Positions 51,723-64,000 of a DNA stretch of 64,000 nucleotides are shown here, piece after piece. The number at the start of each line of letters is the position of its first letter. Position 1 is the stretch's first letter. Source of the DNA: Felis catus. Its lineage: Eukaryota. A program made the translations under genes and the position numbers. The notes below the pieces were generated by a model. The model ran no database searches. It saw nothing but the letters and a program-made list of their open reading frames with translations, and had not been told where the DNA came from. The DNA is taken from assembly GCF_018350175.1 (NCBI RefSeq), contig NC_058368.1:129892001-129956000 (forward strand). Direction: 5' to 3'.

Positions 51723-51867
51723 GTATTGTCCTATGTTAAATGAATATTGTAATTTTTCCATCTGTATTTTGCAAAATTGGACCTTCATTTGGGTTTGGAT
51801 GATTGGCAAGAAAAGTACTGGACAGTTTTTTCTTTTAAAGTTATTTAATTTCTCTGACACCTCTGAA

Positions 51868-52020
51868 CCAGGGATCTCAAACTTGAATGTGCATACAGAT
51901 CTCCTGAGGATGTTGTTAAAATGCAGATACCACGTTTCTGACAAGGTCCCTGCTGATGGGACACTAATCAAGGCCCATTCCTCCTCCCCCATTCTGAAAC
52001 CTTACTTTGTGTAGCAAGGC
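51868..52020. mobile_element. MER5A-like hAT relic
   Basis: cagggatctcaaacttgaatgtgcat ... ttgttaaaatgcagat. Confidence 0.55.
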
Positions 52021-52179
52021 TTTAAAATGTTTATGAATTGTAAACATATATTGGTAGCATGTGATACGTCTCACTACTCCAGTTGGTTAGCCTGCTTTTA
52101 GGAAGAAATTTTATTATTATAATTTAGAACTTTTAATTTGTGTTGGCTATCATAGTTACACTACTAACTTGTATAGATT

Positions 52180-52273
52180 GTGTATAATTTAGAATGAATA
52201 TCAAATCATTGTGTTGTATACCTGAAAGTAATGTATGTTCTATGTCAGTTATACCTCAATTAAAAAAAAAAAA
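52180..52273 (+). mobile_element. L1 extreme 3' end with poly-A
   Basis: tgttgtatacctgaaagtaatgtatgttctatgtcagttatacctcaattaaaaaaaaaaaa. Confidence 0.65.
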
Positions 52274-52794
52274 CTTTAAAAATAAACTGAGTTAATCTTT
52301 ATGCCTTATATCTTTCCAGGTTAAAGATCTTTATATGTTGCATATAATTGTGTATAATTAAGAACAGGCTCCGAGTTGTATATATTTATGTACTTAAGAT
52401 ATAACTAGTATCAAATATATATATTTATAAACACATAGGTGTTTATAAATATAGTGAAATACATATATTTATAAACACATAGGTGTTTATAAATATATAG
52501 TGAAATATATCTTTACATGTACACGTATGTGTGTGTATATACATAACGTTCACATGTGCTCTGTTTGTACTTCACAAGAATGTACATCCCCTTTTTATCC
52601 CCCTCATTTCTTAGCTGTGTTCTAGATCAGATATGGTCAGATATGCAAGATGGTTAGGTGAAGTGTTAATTATCATAACAAAGTATGATTTATTGTATGG
52701 AAACCATGGCATTTATTTAGGTCCTAAAAACTATATGATTCCCCCCAGTGAAATAAAAAGTGTTTGCTCAAAGAGGTCCATTTTAAGAAAGGTA

Positions 52795-53109
52795 CAATTG
52801 ACCCTTGAATAAGTCAGAGGCTTAAGTTGGTGACACTCTGCACATTTGAAAATCCAGGTTTAACTTCTGAATCCCCATAAACTTCTAATAAACCCTGCTG
52901 TTGACCAAACGCTTATGTAAATAATCCATTAACACGTGTGTTTTAAGTTTATCTGTATTATATACTGTATTCTTAAAGTAAGGCAGAAAAAATGTTATAT
53001 GGAAATCATATGAGATAAAAGAAATGAGAAAATGCATTTACTGTACTGAAAAAATCTGCATAAAAGTGGAATTGCACACTTCAAACCCATGTTGTTTGAG
53101 AGTCAGCTG
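52795..53109. mobile_element. Non-autonomous Tc1/mariner-superfamily Tigger2a-like element
   Basis: Imperfect TIRs caattgacccttgaataa ... ttgtttgagagtcagctg, flanked by TA on both sides. Confidence 0.8.
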
Positions 53110-53411
53110 TATGTAACTAATGAAAGTAATTGTCATACTAATCCACAGTGTAAATGGGGGGGGGGGTACTAAGCGGGTAAATGTGCAGATGGTAAAATCC
53201 TCTGTATTAACCACTGTGATAGCTGCTATGCTTCGAATAAGAGTACTTATCAGTGTGAACTTACTGAAGCATCATAATATTTAAAGTGTTCTTCAGACAT
53301 TTATTGTATATACGCACTTGTAAAACTCCAGATATCCATGTTAATATGCTTATTGATTTTACTTTCATATTGGTTGCATTTGATATCTTTGGTGATTATT
53401 CATTTATTCAC

Positions 53412-53620
53412 CAAGTAGGTCAGCAAACTTTCTGTAAAGTACCAGACAGTAAATGTTTTAGGGTTTGTGGGCCCATAGAGTCTTTGTCTCAACTATTTGT
53501 ATCTGCCATTATAGAATTGAAAGCAGTTATAAATGATATGTAATTGAATAAGTGTGGCTGTATTCCAGTAATGCTTTATTGATAGGGTTATGGTTCACGG
53601 GCATAGTGTGCCAACCCTTG
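53412..53620. mobile_element. MER58A-like hAT relic
   Basis: ggtcagcaaactttctgtaaag ... tgtggctgtattccagtaa ... gccaaccctt. Confidence 0.75.
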
Positions 53621-53678
53621 GTATTGGTATTTATTGCTTTCTTCTACTAGGCATAGGTGATAGGAAAACAGTTTCTGC

Positions 53679-53901
53679 TTTTTTAAAAAAAATTTTTTTT
53701 AATGTTTATTTATTTTTGAGAGAGAGAAACAGAGTGTGAGCAGGGGAGGGGCAGAGAGAGAGGGAGACACAGAATTGGAAGCAGGCTCCAGGCTCCGAGC
53801 TGTCAGCCCAGAGCCCGACGCGGGGCTCAAACTCGCAGACTGTGAGGTCATGACCTGAGCTGAAGTCGGACGCTTAACCGACTGAGCCACCCAGGCGCCC
53901 C
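53679..53901 (-). mobile_element. Felid CanSINE with TSD cagtttctgcttttt
   Basis: ...cgcttaaccgactgagccacccaggcgcccc. Confidence 0.93.
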
Positions 53902-54289
53902 CAGTTTCTGCTTTTAACTCATTTTGTTGGAGGGGAGTGGCAAGTAAACAAAACAGTCCCTATTCAGTGTTATTTAAACAGTGGTTTTGCATTAGAGGTT
54001 TAGTAGGGGTTTATGGTTTCCAGATAAAACACAGTTTTTTAATTTGCAAATTATGGCAACCTAGGTTAGGATGAATTAGACAAATACCAAGTTAAATAAC
54101 ACAAAGAAGTGAGAAAGACTAAGAGCAGAGAAAATACTGTGATGATTGTCTATTGAAGGTGAAGATAATGGTGGTATTTAAAACACATAGTAACTATAAA
54201 TTGGAAGGTATCCTATGCCGTAGTACAGAGGTTTTCACTTATCAGATGATCAGCCAAGGGAGGTACCGGATCATATCATTAAGGACTAT

Positions 54290-54420
54290 ATATATTTCCC
54301 AGGGCCACTATAACAAAGTACCACAGTGTGGGTGACTTACAACAATAGAAGTCAACGTATAATAGTAATTACGTTTCTCATAGGGTTCTACGTACCAGAA
54401 GTCTAAAATCAAGATGTTGG
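54290..54420. mobile_element. MaLR (MLT1-like) LTR end fragment
   Basis: ctataacaaagtaccacag ... cttacaacaatagaa ... agaagtctaaaatcaagatgttggc. Confidence 0.55.
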
Positions 54421-54965
54421 CGCGGCCAACAAAATATGGCAAAACTCTGCTTTTAATTTCATATTTATTTTCTTTCTTAGTATAGGGTTAAAGGGTGAGA
54501 ATGTGAGCCACAGTTGGAAAAGAAGCATTGGGCTCTGAAGGGGTAATTATAGGAATCTGTGGCTTATAGAGACCCTGGATGCCTGAGGCCTGGTCTGCTG
54601 CTATGTGTTTTCTCAGTCCTCACTCCCACTACTTTCAAAGGATTCTCTCAGCTGCAAAGATTTTAAGTAACACTGGACATGTTGTGTACAAAAATGTTCT
54701 TGCGAATTTTTAATGCATTTATGCCCTTACCAAACTGATGTAGCAGCAATATATAATTTTACTGAGAAACTTCATTTGTCTTAGGTAATCCTAGCCTCAT
54801 CTTTTGCCTGGGTGATAATTTCTTCCCCAGAACTAGAAGATACTTTAAAAAAAAAAAAAAGTCAACACTGGGCCTTAATTCTACCTGAGGAAGAAATGAC
54901 TGGCAATATAGGAGTGAAAGAAATTTGAAAGGAAATTGCCTTCTCATTTTGATGGTATCTTTATA

Positions 54966-54968
<3 letters not shown>

Positions 54969-55009
<41 letters not shown>

Positions 55010-55040
55010 TCTCTCTCGGAGTGTGTGTGTGTGTGTGTGT
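54969..55040. repeat. (CT)n followed by (GT)n compound microsatellite
   Basis: Seen directly. Confidence 0.9.
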
Positions 55041-55639
55041 ATCTATTTTTCTCCTCTAGGAGACTAAGCTTTTCCATGGTCCTAACTTCAATAAATTATG
55101 TATTTTCTTTTCTCTGAATGCATACAGTGTAAATGTTTTGGAAGCGAGGGAATCCATAATTCTTACGTTAAGGATTGCACAGTGATTATCCCTACGTCCA
55201 GCAGAAATACCAACTAAAACATACCAACTGTACATTTGCAGTGTTATTCCCTCTTGGCCTGTGCTTTGACATCCATCTGGAGTATATTCTGGGCCTAACT
55301 TCTCTCATTTGTTAATGTAAGGAGTTGTGCCACATGAAATTTTAATAATTCGTAACTGCATTATCTGAAGTCATCTGTGCTAAATTTTAATGGATATATT
55401 TTAAGAGATTAAGAGGTTGTTTCTTAGTTTTAAACATCTCCAAAAAAAATTTGAAGTGTTTTTGCTTTTTCCTGCTTTGTCATGGTATTAATAATTTTTG
55501 AAGGACAAATTGTTCTGAGCCATATGGAATGGGCATTGTGAAATTCATTTGAAAAATGATGCAGATTTTTAGGATGTGTCATAAGGGGAACGTTGACTAT
55601 TTTTAATTCTATTCTTAACGAAATAATATAATTAAAGCG

Positions 55640-55880
55640 GTCTAGCATGGTGGGTGAGACTACAGATTGAAGTGAAACTTGCCAGGGTTGGAATATTGGC
55701 CCTGCTCCTTCACAGCTGTGGAAGGTGAGCAGGTTACTGTGTTCCTCACTTTCCATCTTGAAAATGGGCAGGAAAACTACCTGTATCCTAGAGTTGAGAG
55801 GAGGATCACATGAGCTTACATGTGTGAAGTACTCACCACAGTGCCTACCATGTAATCAGGTAGTATAAGTGTTGGCTATT
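55640..55880 (+). mobile_element. MIR
   Basis: cctcactttccatcttgaaaatggg ... gtgaagtactcaccacagtgcct. Confidence 0.6.
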
Positions 55881-56147
55881 TTTACCTAATTATATAATTA
55901 AGTACTTGTCCGATATCTCCCTTCAGAGAAAGTTAGGCTACCAAACTTGTAGGCCATATAATTCATTTGGTTAAGATTTTTGGCTCTAAGAAAACCAAAA
56001 CAAATCAAGTTATTCCACCTCTTCTATTGAACATTTCTTCTAAATAAGTGTTTATTTAAAGTAAAAAATACATTAGTTAAAACTTCAAAACTAAGGCTAT
56101 TTACACAATGATAAAGCTTCATTTTTTATCAAGAGTTATATATCTCA

Positions 56148-56363
56148 GGGGCACCTGGGTGGCTCAGTCGGTTAAGCAGCCGACTTCGGCTCAGGTCATG
56201 ATCTCGCGGTCCGTGAGTTCGAGCCCCGCGTCGGGCTCTGTGCTGACAGCTCAGAGCCTGGAGCCTGTTTCAGATTCTGTGTCTCCCGCTCTCTCTGACC
56301 CTCCCCCATTCATGCTCTGTCTCTCTCTGTCTCAAAAATAAATAAACGTTAAAAAAAAAAAAA
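56148..56363 (+). mobile_element. Felid CanSINE with TSD aaga(g/a)ttatatatctcag
   Basis: ggggcacctgggtggctcagtcggttaagc head, CpG-rich, poly-A. Confidence 0.93.
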
Positions 56364-56540
56364 AGAATTATATATCTCAGCTGGCTCTTTGAAATTAATT
56401 TTATTTAATTCTTTCTGGCTTTCCAAAATAGTAGCATAGTCTTTTAAAAATTTTTTATTGTGGAAATTACCAAATTTACTAGAAAAAAATTTCTTTGCCT
56501 CTCCTTTTTCCTTTCATGTGAAAGGTGATATCACTGTTGG

Positions 56541-56760
56541 TTTTTTTTTATTAAAAATTTTTTTTTAATGTTTATTTTTGAGAGAGAGAGCGCAAGTGGG
56601 ACAAGAGCAAAGAGAGAGGGAGACACAGAATCTGAAGCAGGATCCAGGCTCTGAGCTGTCAGCACAGAGCCCGACACGGAGCCGGAACTCAGGAACTGTG
56701 AGATCATGACCTGAGCTGAAGTCGGACGCTCAGCAATTCACTGAGCCATCCGTGCGCCCC
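56541..56760 (-). mobile_element. Felid CanSINE with TSD tgatatca(c/t)tgtt
   Basis: ...ctgagccatccgtgcgcccc. Confidence 0.92.
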
Positions 56761-57699
56761 TGATATCATTGTTTCTTAATTGTACGTAATAATATTTGAT
56801 TTAGTAATTCAGCACAAATCAGTTATCATGCAAGTGTACGTTAAAATATTTGTACCATTTAACAAAAGTTAAAGATTAAACCAGTTTCTTCGGACATATG
56901 GCGACAGGAGTTCCTTGATAGGATATGAGTACTTGAATTAAAAATTGGCCATCTCATACAACATTTAACACTATTTTTGGGTAAACATTGCTATAACTAA
57001 ACCTGTGTATTTTATTTGAAATCTCAGAGGCTAGATCTTATCATTTAATTGATGATAAATACTAGGAGTTTGGCAACTATGAATAAATTATTTGTGTTTT
57101 TTAAATGAAGGAATATTTTAGGACAATGGTGCTTTTATGCCTGTACTTGAAAACTGAGAGAATTCTCAAAATTTTTGTCATTTTCCTATTCTCAGAGTTC
57201 CAGTAAAGCTATAATAATATTTAATATTAGCTCATTATTTTCATTTTAATACCTCTAACATACTGTTTCTTAATATAGTAAGCCATATAACATTTTTAAT
57301 ACATTTTTGGCTAAATGTCACTGTTACACTAATTTCTGACACTATCTAGAAGTAACTGCTTTATTCTTTGAAGCAGAAAATTATAATGTTACAAAAATTG
57401 GATAGAGAGACAAGTATACCTGCTTTAGAAGCATATGGTTAAGAGCAAAAATAGACTTTATTATATTTTGTGACTCAGAACAAGTTATCTAGGTGAATAC
57501 AATTATATTCTAAAAATACTCAAATTTGAATTACTAACCTCTCTTTAATTTGAAATTTGTCTATATGAATACATATCATTTTGAGTTTAGAAACTCTCTT
57601 GTCATGGTCTTATCAACCAGTAATGAGTCATGTTGCTTTCATTCACTGTAGTAAGACTTAAGATGGCACAAATATTTTTAAGGTATAATTTATTCTGTA

Positions 57700-57925
57700 A
57701 TAATAATAATAGATCTAATATTAACATATATACTACACATTGCTAAGCACATAACTGTCCTCACATAAACTTATGATAGTACTGGTTTTTTTCCCCATTT
57801 TACAGATGAGAAATTAAATCACAAAGAGGTAAATACTTTGTCCAAGGTCACACACCTACTAAGTATTGGATCTGTGATATAAACATAGGCATTCTGACTT
57901 CAGGATCCATGCCTTTAACCACTGT
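57700..57925 (-). mobile_element. MIR
   Basis: ccccattttacagatgagaaa ... agaggtaaatactttgtccaaggtcacac. Confidence 0.75.
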
Positions 57926-58849
57926 GTTTGCAGTGTAAGCCTAAAACAAGAAAATGGTTTGAGTGGAAGATACCAGCTAAAAGCCTGCAATTTTTTTTTG
58001 ACAGATTTAAAAAATATAGTCTGTTCCAAGTATATTCAGAAAAGGGATGGATTAAAACCAAAGTGTAGAAGTTTAATTTATAATAGCAGAATGATAAAAA
58101 ATAATTAGTAATAGGTAATTAGATGATTGGAGGTACCCCAGCTTATTAAACCACATGGAAAAGTACTGTGCAGCTTAAAAAGGAATGAAGATGACCTCTG
58201 TATAGTAGTGTTCGAATGATTTTGAGATTATAGGCAGCGACTAGTGTCTGGAATTTTCTTGTTTCAAGAGTACAGCATACAGAGCAAGGGACAAATAAAC
58301 CAAATTAATAATGGTGGTTATGGAGTGGGAAGAGGGAGAGAGGGTAAAAGGTAGATCTTTCAGGTTGTATGCCTGTTGTTTGCTTTAGGTTTTGGAGTCA
58401 AATAGATGCTTTACAGGATTTAAAATAATAAAGCAGAAGTAGTTCCTAAAGATCAAAAACAGCTAAAACATTTGCATCTATTATTATGTTGGTGCCATAG
58501 CCATCTGAGAAGAATATTTCAAGTAACTTTAGTACATAGTATTTTACATGTGTATCCCTGGTGGGATACAATATTAGACCAGAAAGAAACACTCGGAAAT
58601 TATAAATTGCGTTCAACAGTGTTATTGTCATTAGTAATTATTAGTATGGTTATTTTGAAACCTGTAAGTATATATGTAGAACCTTGTATTTATTAGTAAG
58701 AAACAAGTTAATGTTATTACAATCTGAGATTTTTCACTGTAAGAGAAAGATGGAAATACAAAATCAAAGAGTTTATGTCAAATGCTATAATGTTAGCTGG
58801 AGTTGGTGAATTTATGGTGTATACTTTTCGGGAAGAGAAAACAGATTTC

Positions 58850-59070
58850 TTTTTTTTTTTTTTTTTTTTCAACGTTTATTTATTTTAGGGACAGAGAGAG
58901 ACAAAGCATGAACCGGGGAGGGTCAGAGAAAGGGAGACACAGAATCAGAAACAGGCTCCAGGCTCTGAGCCATCAGCCCAGAGCCCGACGCGGGGCTCGA
59001 ACTCACGGACCGTGAGATCGTGACCTGGCTGAAGTCAGACGCTTAACCGACTGCGCCACCCAGGCGCCCC
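58850..59070 (-). mobile_element. Young felid SINE (SINEC_Fc-like) with TSD acagatttctt
   Basis: ...cgcttaaccgactgcgccacccaggcgcccc; TSD at 58841-58851 and 59071-59081. Confidence 0.93.
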
Positions 59071-62029
59071 ACAGATTTCTTAAAGCTGTCTAAGGGAAAG
59101 ACCTAGAAGCAGTGTTAATCCAGTGGCATAGATTGTGGCATAGAATCCTAGAACATAGATTGTGGCCTGTAAATGTTGTTTCCTGCTGGTTGGCTCCAGA
59201 GTTGAGACAAGAGATACTCAAAATAAAATGGAGAGATATCTTTGTGTTAGAACGAAGAGAAGGTGGGAGTCTATGAAAAGGATACAGGAATCAATTTGAA
59301 GGAGCTCCTACTTGGCTAATGATGGGACAGTTTGAGCATCAGAATAAAACTGCACTGATTAAAACACATCACACAAGCTAGAATTCCTGAGAACATAATG
59401 ATTCCCCTCCTAAGAACATAATGATTCCCCTCCTAAGAAGAGTAAGTTATGATTTAAATTCTATTAATATCTGTATATTACCTTATTTTAAAGTATCTTT
59501 GATTACTTTAGTTGTCTTTAGAGTTATTTTCTTCTGTTTGGCCATCCATGTGTACCTGCATTTCACTTGATATATACAGAATTGTTTATTACCCCTGAAA
59601 TCATTAGATGGATTTTTCAAATTTTTTTTAGAATGGAAGGCAGTGCTGCTGAACAAAATGTTCGGAAGGATTTTGATCCTAGGTTTATAGAGGTGCCTTC
59701 TTCAGTGGAAATAGTCATAATTTTAGCTCTGTGGCTTTTAAGTCAAAACTGCTTTATCTTACTTGGAAAGTGGACTGTGAAATGTCATGTGTGGAAGTTA
59801 AAAAGGACCGTTCCATGGATTTTCACTTGTGAGGTTCATCATGTCCACAATAAAACCTCATTATTATTAGCAGGACCACAATTGTACCATTGGCCAAACA
59901 TGAAAACTAGGATTAATTCCAGACTTTTTCACCTTTGGTTAACTGTTCAATTGGTTTTCTAAATCTTATCAGTTCTATTTTTTAAATTTTCTCTTGATTC
60001 TGTTTCACAATCCCTGCTCCAAGTCTCATAATAGCATTTTGGTACATAATTTTTCAGAAACAACCTCATCTTCCATAGCTATGGTTCCTAACCTTTTTGA
60101 ATACAAAGATTCCATTTTAGTCCTGAAATATTTGTGGGTCCTTTATACAATAGTAACTGTCTTTATATATAAAGAAAATGCATACTGACGGCTGGTTTGT
60201 ACTGAATGATAGATTTAAGTGAATTTATACTTTGAAAATCATAACGATCTAAATGTGTGATGATTACTCCTTTTCTGCACACGCTTCTATAATCTTTGGA
60301 GTTAATAATTTTTTTGGTGTAATTTTTTATATGCACTACTTTCTTTGCCAGTAGTTTCTGCTCAATACATTCAGATGCTTTGACCCATCAGGTATTTTAT
60401 TACTTTAATTTTCTTGATGAAGTCTCTTCCAGAGCTATCCTCACTCCCCGGCCTTCCTCTTCTGCCCCAGGCTTGTAGCTACTTCTTGTTCCCAGTATCC
60501 CGAAATTTTACAATGATGTGCATTGATGTCAGTTGATTTTAATTTATTGTACTAGGCCCTACTGGGGTCTCCTAGTCTGAAAACTCTTTTAGAGCCTTTC
60601 AAGATAATACACTATCTTCCCTGGGGAGAGAGATGGTCAGTTGCCCAGATGTGCAGATTTGGGAATATTGGGCAATCTGTTCCATAAATAGACTTTCAGT
60701 CAGTCTTAGTTTTAGCTTTTTCTATACTCTATTTTCCAAAGGAGATTCTGCTAATTTCTGTGGGTTTTGATGAGAGGTAGCAAGAAGATAGATGTTGTAA
60801 ATTAAGTTGCTTCTCCACTCTGTCCATTGCAACCTTAGGTTTTTAGCTCTTTGTGACCTGATAAGTCAGTTACTTTTTTAATTTCTTCTTTGTGTCTTCC
60901 AGTGTTCATCTCTCATCCTGTGGTCCTTTTACAATTATGCCCCCTCCCTTTAAAATCCTTGTACTGTAATTATAGCAGAGTATCAGGAGGGAATGAAGTT
61001 AAATGTTTGTCTAACATCAGCAGATGATTTATTTTCCATTCATAGCTAAAGTAGAGACTTGGTGGTAGCATCTACCTCTGAGATTCTCTCAGTTTACTAG
61101 TTTATCTACATATTTCCCCATCTTATTCCAAATCTCTCTCTCTTTTTTTAAATACACTTTATTGTGGTTAGATTGAATTATCTTCAGAATTTCATCTCTG
61201 GTTGCTTTTAATCAGGAGCTGTGATATCTTTTATCCTATATCTCTTAGTAGATAGAATATTGCTTGGCCCAGAGAGTTTTTGTATTTTTAAACTTTTCTT
61301 TGGACATTCCCTTTACTTCTTGCTCAAAATTAGAGCATCCATGGGTATTATTTGCTTATCCTGACAATGTTTCAAAATGCATGGAGATATATTTGATTGT
61401 GATCGTGTTTGGAGTATGCTCTTGGCGGATAATGAACAGAAACCAGAGATGCTAAAAGCCCCTCAATGCATGGAGTAGTCCTGAACAGTAAATCCTTATC
61501 CCACTCAGAATGTCAGTCATCACGCTTGAGAAATAATGCTACAAGTTTTAAGGGCAGCTTGGCTCTGCCTTGAGTCTAGTACCTGCCCACAAACCTCTTA
61601 AATGGTGTCTGGTTTCATTCTTAACTCTCCAGCAGTAGTGCTATAAGCATGGGAAATTCCTTCTTGGTCCTCATTGCTGCTTCCTGACTATTGCCCTTCT
61701 TGCTCCCTAAAAAATATAACAAAAATAAACAAACAAAAAATCTCACTCTACTTTGAATTTCATGCTACCTATCTTTGTTATAGAGGGAACCCATTTCACT
61801 CACACTTCAAAATTTTCACCTGTAACAATCAGTGTTGATGATTGGTAACTTACATAATTATATTATAAATGAAATAAGATTATTTCTCACGTAATATACA
61901 GTGTGTATGCAACAAGCCTTTTTTGTCTAATTTATTGATAAACTTGGAAGGTGCATTCACCTTTGGAGAGTGAGTATAGTTTTTATTAACTTCCCTTTTC
62001 TTGCTTAAAAGCTAATACTTTTAAAAATA

Positions 62030-63382
62030 ATTAACATACATTATTTAGGTATGTAATAAAATGATCTAGTAGTTCTGCACATGACTCTGTTCTCAGCATG
62101 AAAAGTGTACTCTTAATCCCCTTCACTCTATATCACACACCTTCCCACCTACCACCTCTGGTAACCACCAGTTCTCTGTATTTAAGACTGTTTTTTTGGC
62201 TTGTCTCTTTTTTTCTTTGTAAACTATTTTGTTGCATAAATTCCACACGAGTGCAATCATATGGTATTTGTCTTTCTCTCACTGACTTATGTCATATAGC
62301 ATAATACCCTCTAGATCCATCTGTGTTGTTGCAAATGGCAAGAGTTCATTCTTTTTTATGGCTGAGTAATATTCCATTGTATATCTGTACCACATCCTTT
62401 TTATCTTTTCGTCTGTGGATGGCCACTTGAGTTGCTTCCGTATCTTGGCTCCTGGAGATAATGCTAGAATAAACATAGAATAAAGCGTATGTCTTTTTGA
62501 ATTAGTGTTTTCATTTTCTTTGGGTAAATAGCTAGTAATGGGTTACTGAATCATAAGATACTTCTAGTTATAATTGTTTGAGGTCGCTCCATACTGTTTT
62601 CCACACGGCTGCACCTGTTTGCAATCCCACCAACAGTGCAACAGGGTTCCTTTTTCCCCACATCCTCAGTTATTTTAGCCATTTTTTCGGTGTGACATGA
62701 TGCCTCATTTTGGTTTTAATTTTTATTTCCCTGATGATGAGTGATACTGAACATCTTTTCATGTGTCTGTTGGCAATGTATATGTCTTCTTTGGAAAAAT
62801 ACCTATTTGTCATCTCATTTTGATCAGATTATTTGTTTTTTGGGGGTGGTGGTATTGCATTGTCTAAGTTCTTTATATGTCTTGGATATTAATCCGTTTC
62901 AGATACATTATTTGCAATTATCTTCTTACGCTTGGTAGATTGTCTTTTTGTTGTTGATGGTTTCCTTTGCTGTGCAAAACCTTTTTATTTTGGTGTAGTT
63001 CCAATGCTTGCCTTTTGCTTTTGTTTCCCTCACCAAAGGAGACTCAAGTGTTTCTACAGCAGACGTCTAAGACATTACTGCCTATGTGTCTTCCAGGAAT
63101 TTTATCGTTTTGGATCTCACATTTAGGTCTTTAATCCATTTTGAGTTTGTTTCTGTATATGGTACAATAAAATGATCCAGTTTCATTCTTTTGCATGTAG
63201 CTGTTGAGTTTTCCCAGTACCATTTGTTGAAGAGACAGTCTTTTTCCCATTGCATACTCTTGCCTCCTTTGTTGAAGATTAATTGACCATATAATTATGG
63301 GTTTATTTCTGTGCTCTCTGTTCTGTTCCACTGATTTATGTGTCTGTTGTTGTGCCAGTGCCATACTGTCTTAATTACTACA
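62030..63382 (-). mobile_element. 5'-truncated L1: degenerate ORF2 C-terminus plus 3' UTR
   Basis: Minus-strand ORFs 62279..62476 (KWPSTDEKIKRMWYRYTMEYYSAIKKNELLPFATTQMDLEGIML) and 63131..63364 are L1 ORF2-like, with frameshifts. Confidence 0.9.
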
Positions 63383-63745
63383 AAAAAGCAAACACTTATG
63401 AAATGCCTTTTGCTGCCTCTGTTGGTGTGACATTTTGTAAGGGTTTTTTATAATGCAAATGTGATACATTAACAAAATGATACTGTTATTAGAATGTGAT
63501 TAATTATTCTATGTGGTATGTATAGCTATGTCTATATATTATACACCTTATATCACTTTTTTTATCAAATCGATTTTTAATGGATTGTAAAAGTGCATCT
63601 AGTGTTGGAATATTGAATATGTCATGTGTTTGTGTATTCTGAGATTTAGTGTGTGTTCTTTAATTCATTGTTTTCTTTACCTGTATTTGCATGAAGCAGT
63701 TACTTGCATTATTAAGTATTACCAGTATGTCTTTCTGATTTTTAG

Positions 63746-63841
63746 GTTGTGGAAAACGCCCTTAAAGTGAACCCAGTATTAGGTCCACAGATGTTTCAAC
63801 CAATTCTACCCTGTGTTTTCAGAGGTATTATAGAAGGAGAG
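63746..63841 (+). CDS. IPO11: IPO11 coding exon 18 (96 nt): VVENALKVNPVLGPQMFQPILPCVFRGIIEGE
   Basis: gatttttag|GTT ... GAG|gtaaga. Confidence 0.95.
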
Positions 63842-63913
63842 GTAAGATTTTCCTTAAGCTTCTAAGAGTAGTAGTATTGGACTCTAGGATTCTACTTTTT
63901 TTCTTTAAGTTTT

Positions 63914-63945
63914 ATGTATGTATGTATGTATGTATGCATTTATGT

Positions 63946-63996
<51 letters not shown>
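63914..63996. repeat. (TATG)n-(TG)n-(GA)n compound microsatellite, probably the tail of a minus-strand SINE cut by the window edge
   Basis: Seen directly. Confidence 0.8.

Positions 63997-64000
<4 letters not shown>

Larger units (their letters stand above)
1944..63841 (+). other. IPO11: IPO11 (importin-11) gene, internal portion: 18 coding exons and 17 introns; the gene extends beyond both window ends
   Basis: Spliced exons give one open frame of 1638 nt (546 aa) that matches importin-11 as I recall it (e.g. WEEDPEGFTVEETGGDSWKYSLRPCTEVLF; VYLLEDGLELWLVTLENSP). All exon phases are compatible. Confidence 0.97.

Noticed and set aside
1096..59070. SINE strand bias (about 21 antisense versus 11 sense)
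   Set aside because: Small sample, and antisense bias of intronic retroelements is a familiar pattern.
62279..63364. Intact reverse transcriptase or active L1
   Set aside because: Only a 5'-truncated, frameshifted ORF2 C-terminus is present.
1..64000. Prokaryotic-type systems (CRISPR array, operons) or the nested LRRC70 gene known from the IPO11 locus
   Set aside because: No repeat-spacer array and no long LRR-encoding ORF is present; as I recall, LRRC70 lies further 3' in IPO11, beyond this window.

Overview
Mammalian, AT-rich genomic DNA, almost certainly from a felid: it carries about 32 tRNA-derived CanSINEs, several of the young cat SINEC_Fc type. The whole window lies inside the importin-11 gene (IPO11), + strand. 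I traced 18 consecutive internal coding exons (1944-63841; 1638 nt, 546 codons, GFLHGIFDRLKQ...PCVFRGIIEGE) that splice in phase with no stop. The start and stop codons are outside the window. Two of the 17 complete introns are non-canonical: a GC-AG intron (14058-16677) and a U12-type AT-AC intron (20687-20997) that contains a SINE insertion with an 18-bp target-site duplication. The introns hold SINEs, L1/L2/MIR fragments and DNA-transposon relics (piggyBac-like, Tigger, MER). Unusual items are a ~1.5-kb almost pure C/T tract expanded inside one SINE, a ~95-nt long-stem hairpin, a tandemly duplicated perfect palindrome, two local duplications that end inside SINE tails, and a candidate poison micro-exon. 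I found no convincing new multi-gene system; the long ORFs at 45-46.6 kb are artefacts of the CT repeat. Gene and repeat family names come from my recognition of the sequence, not from database searches, and repeat boundaries are approximate.
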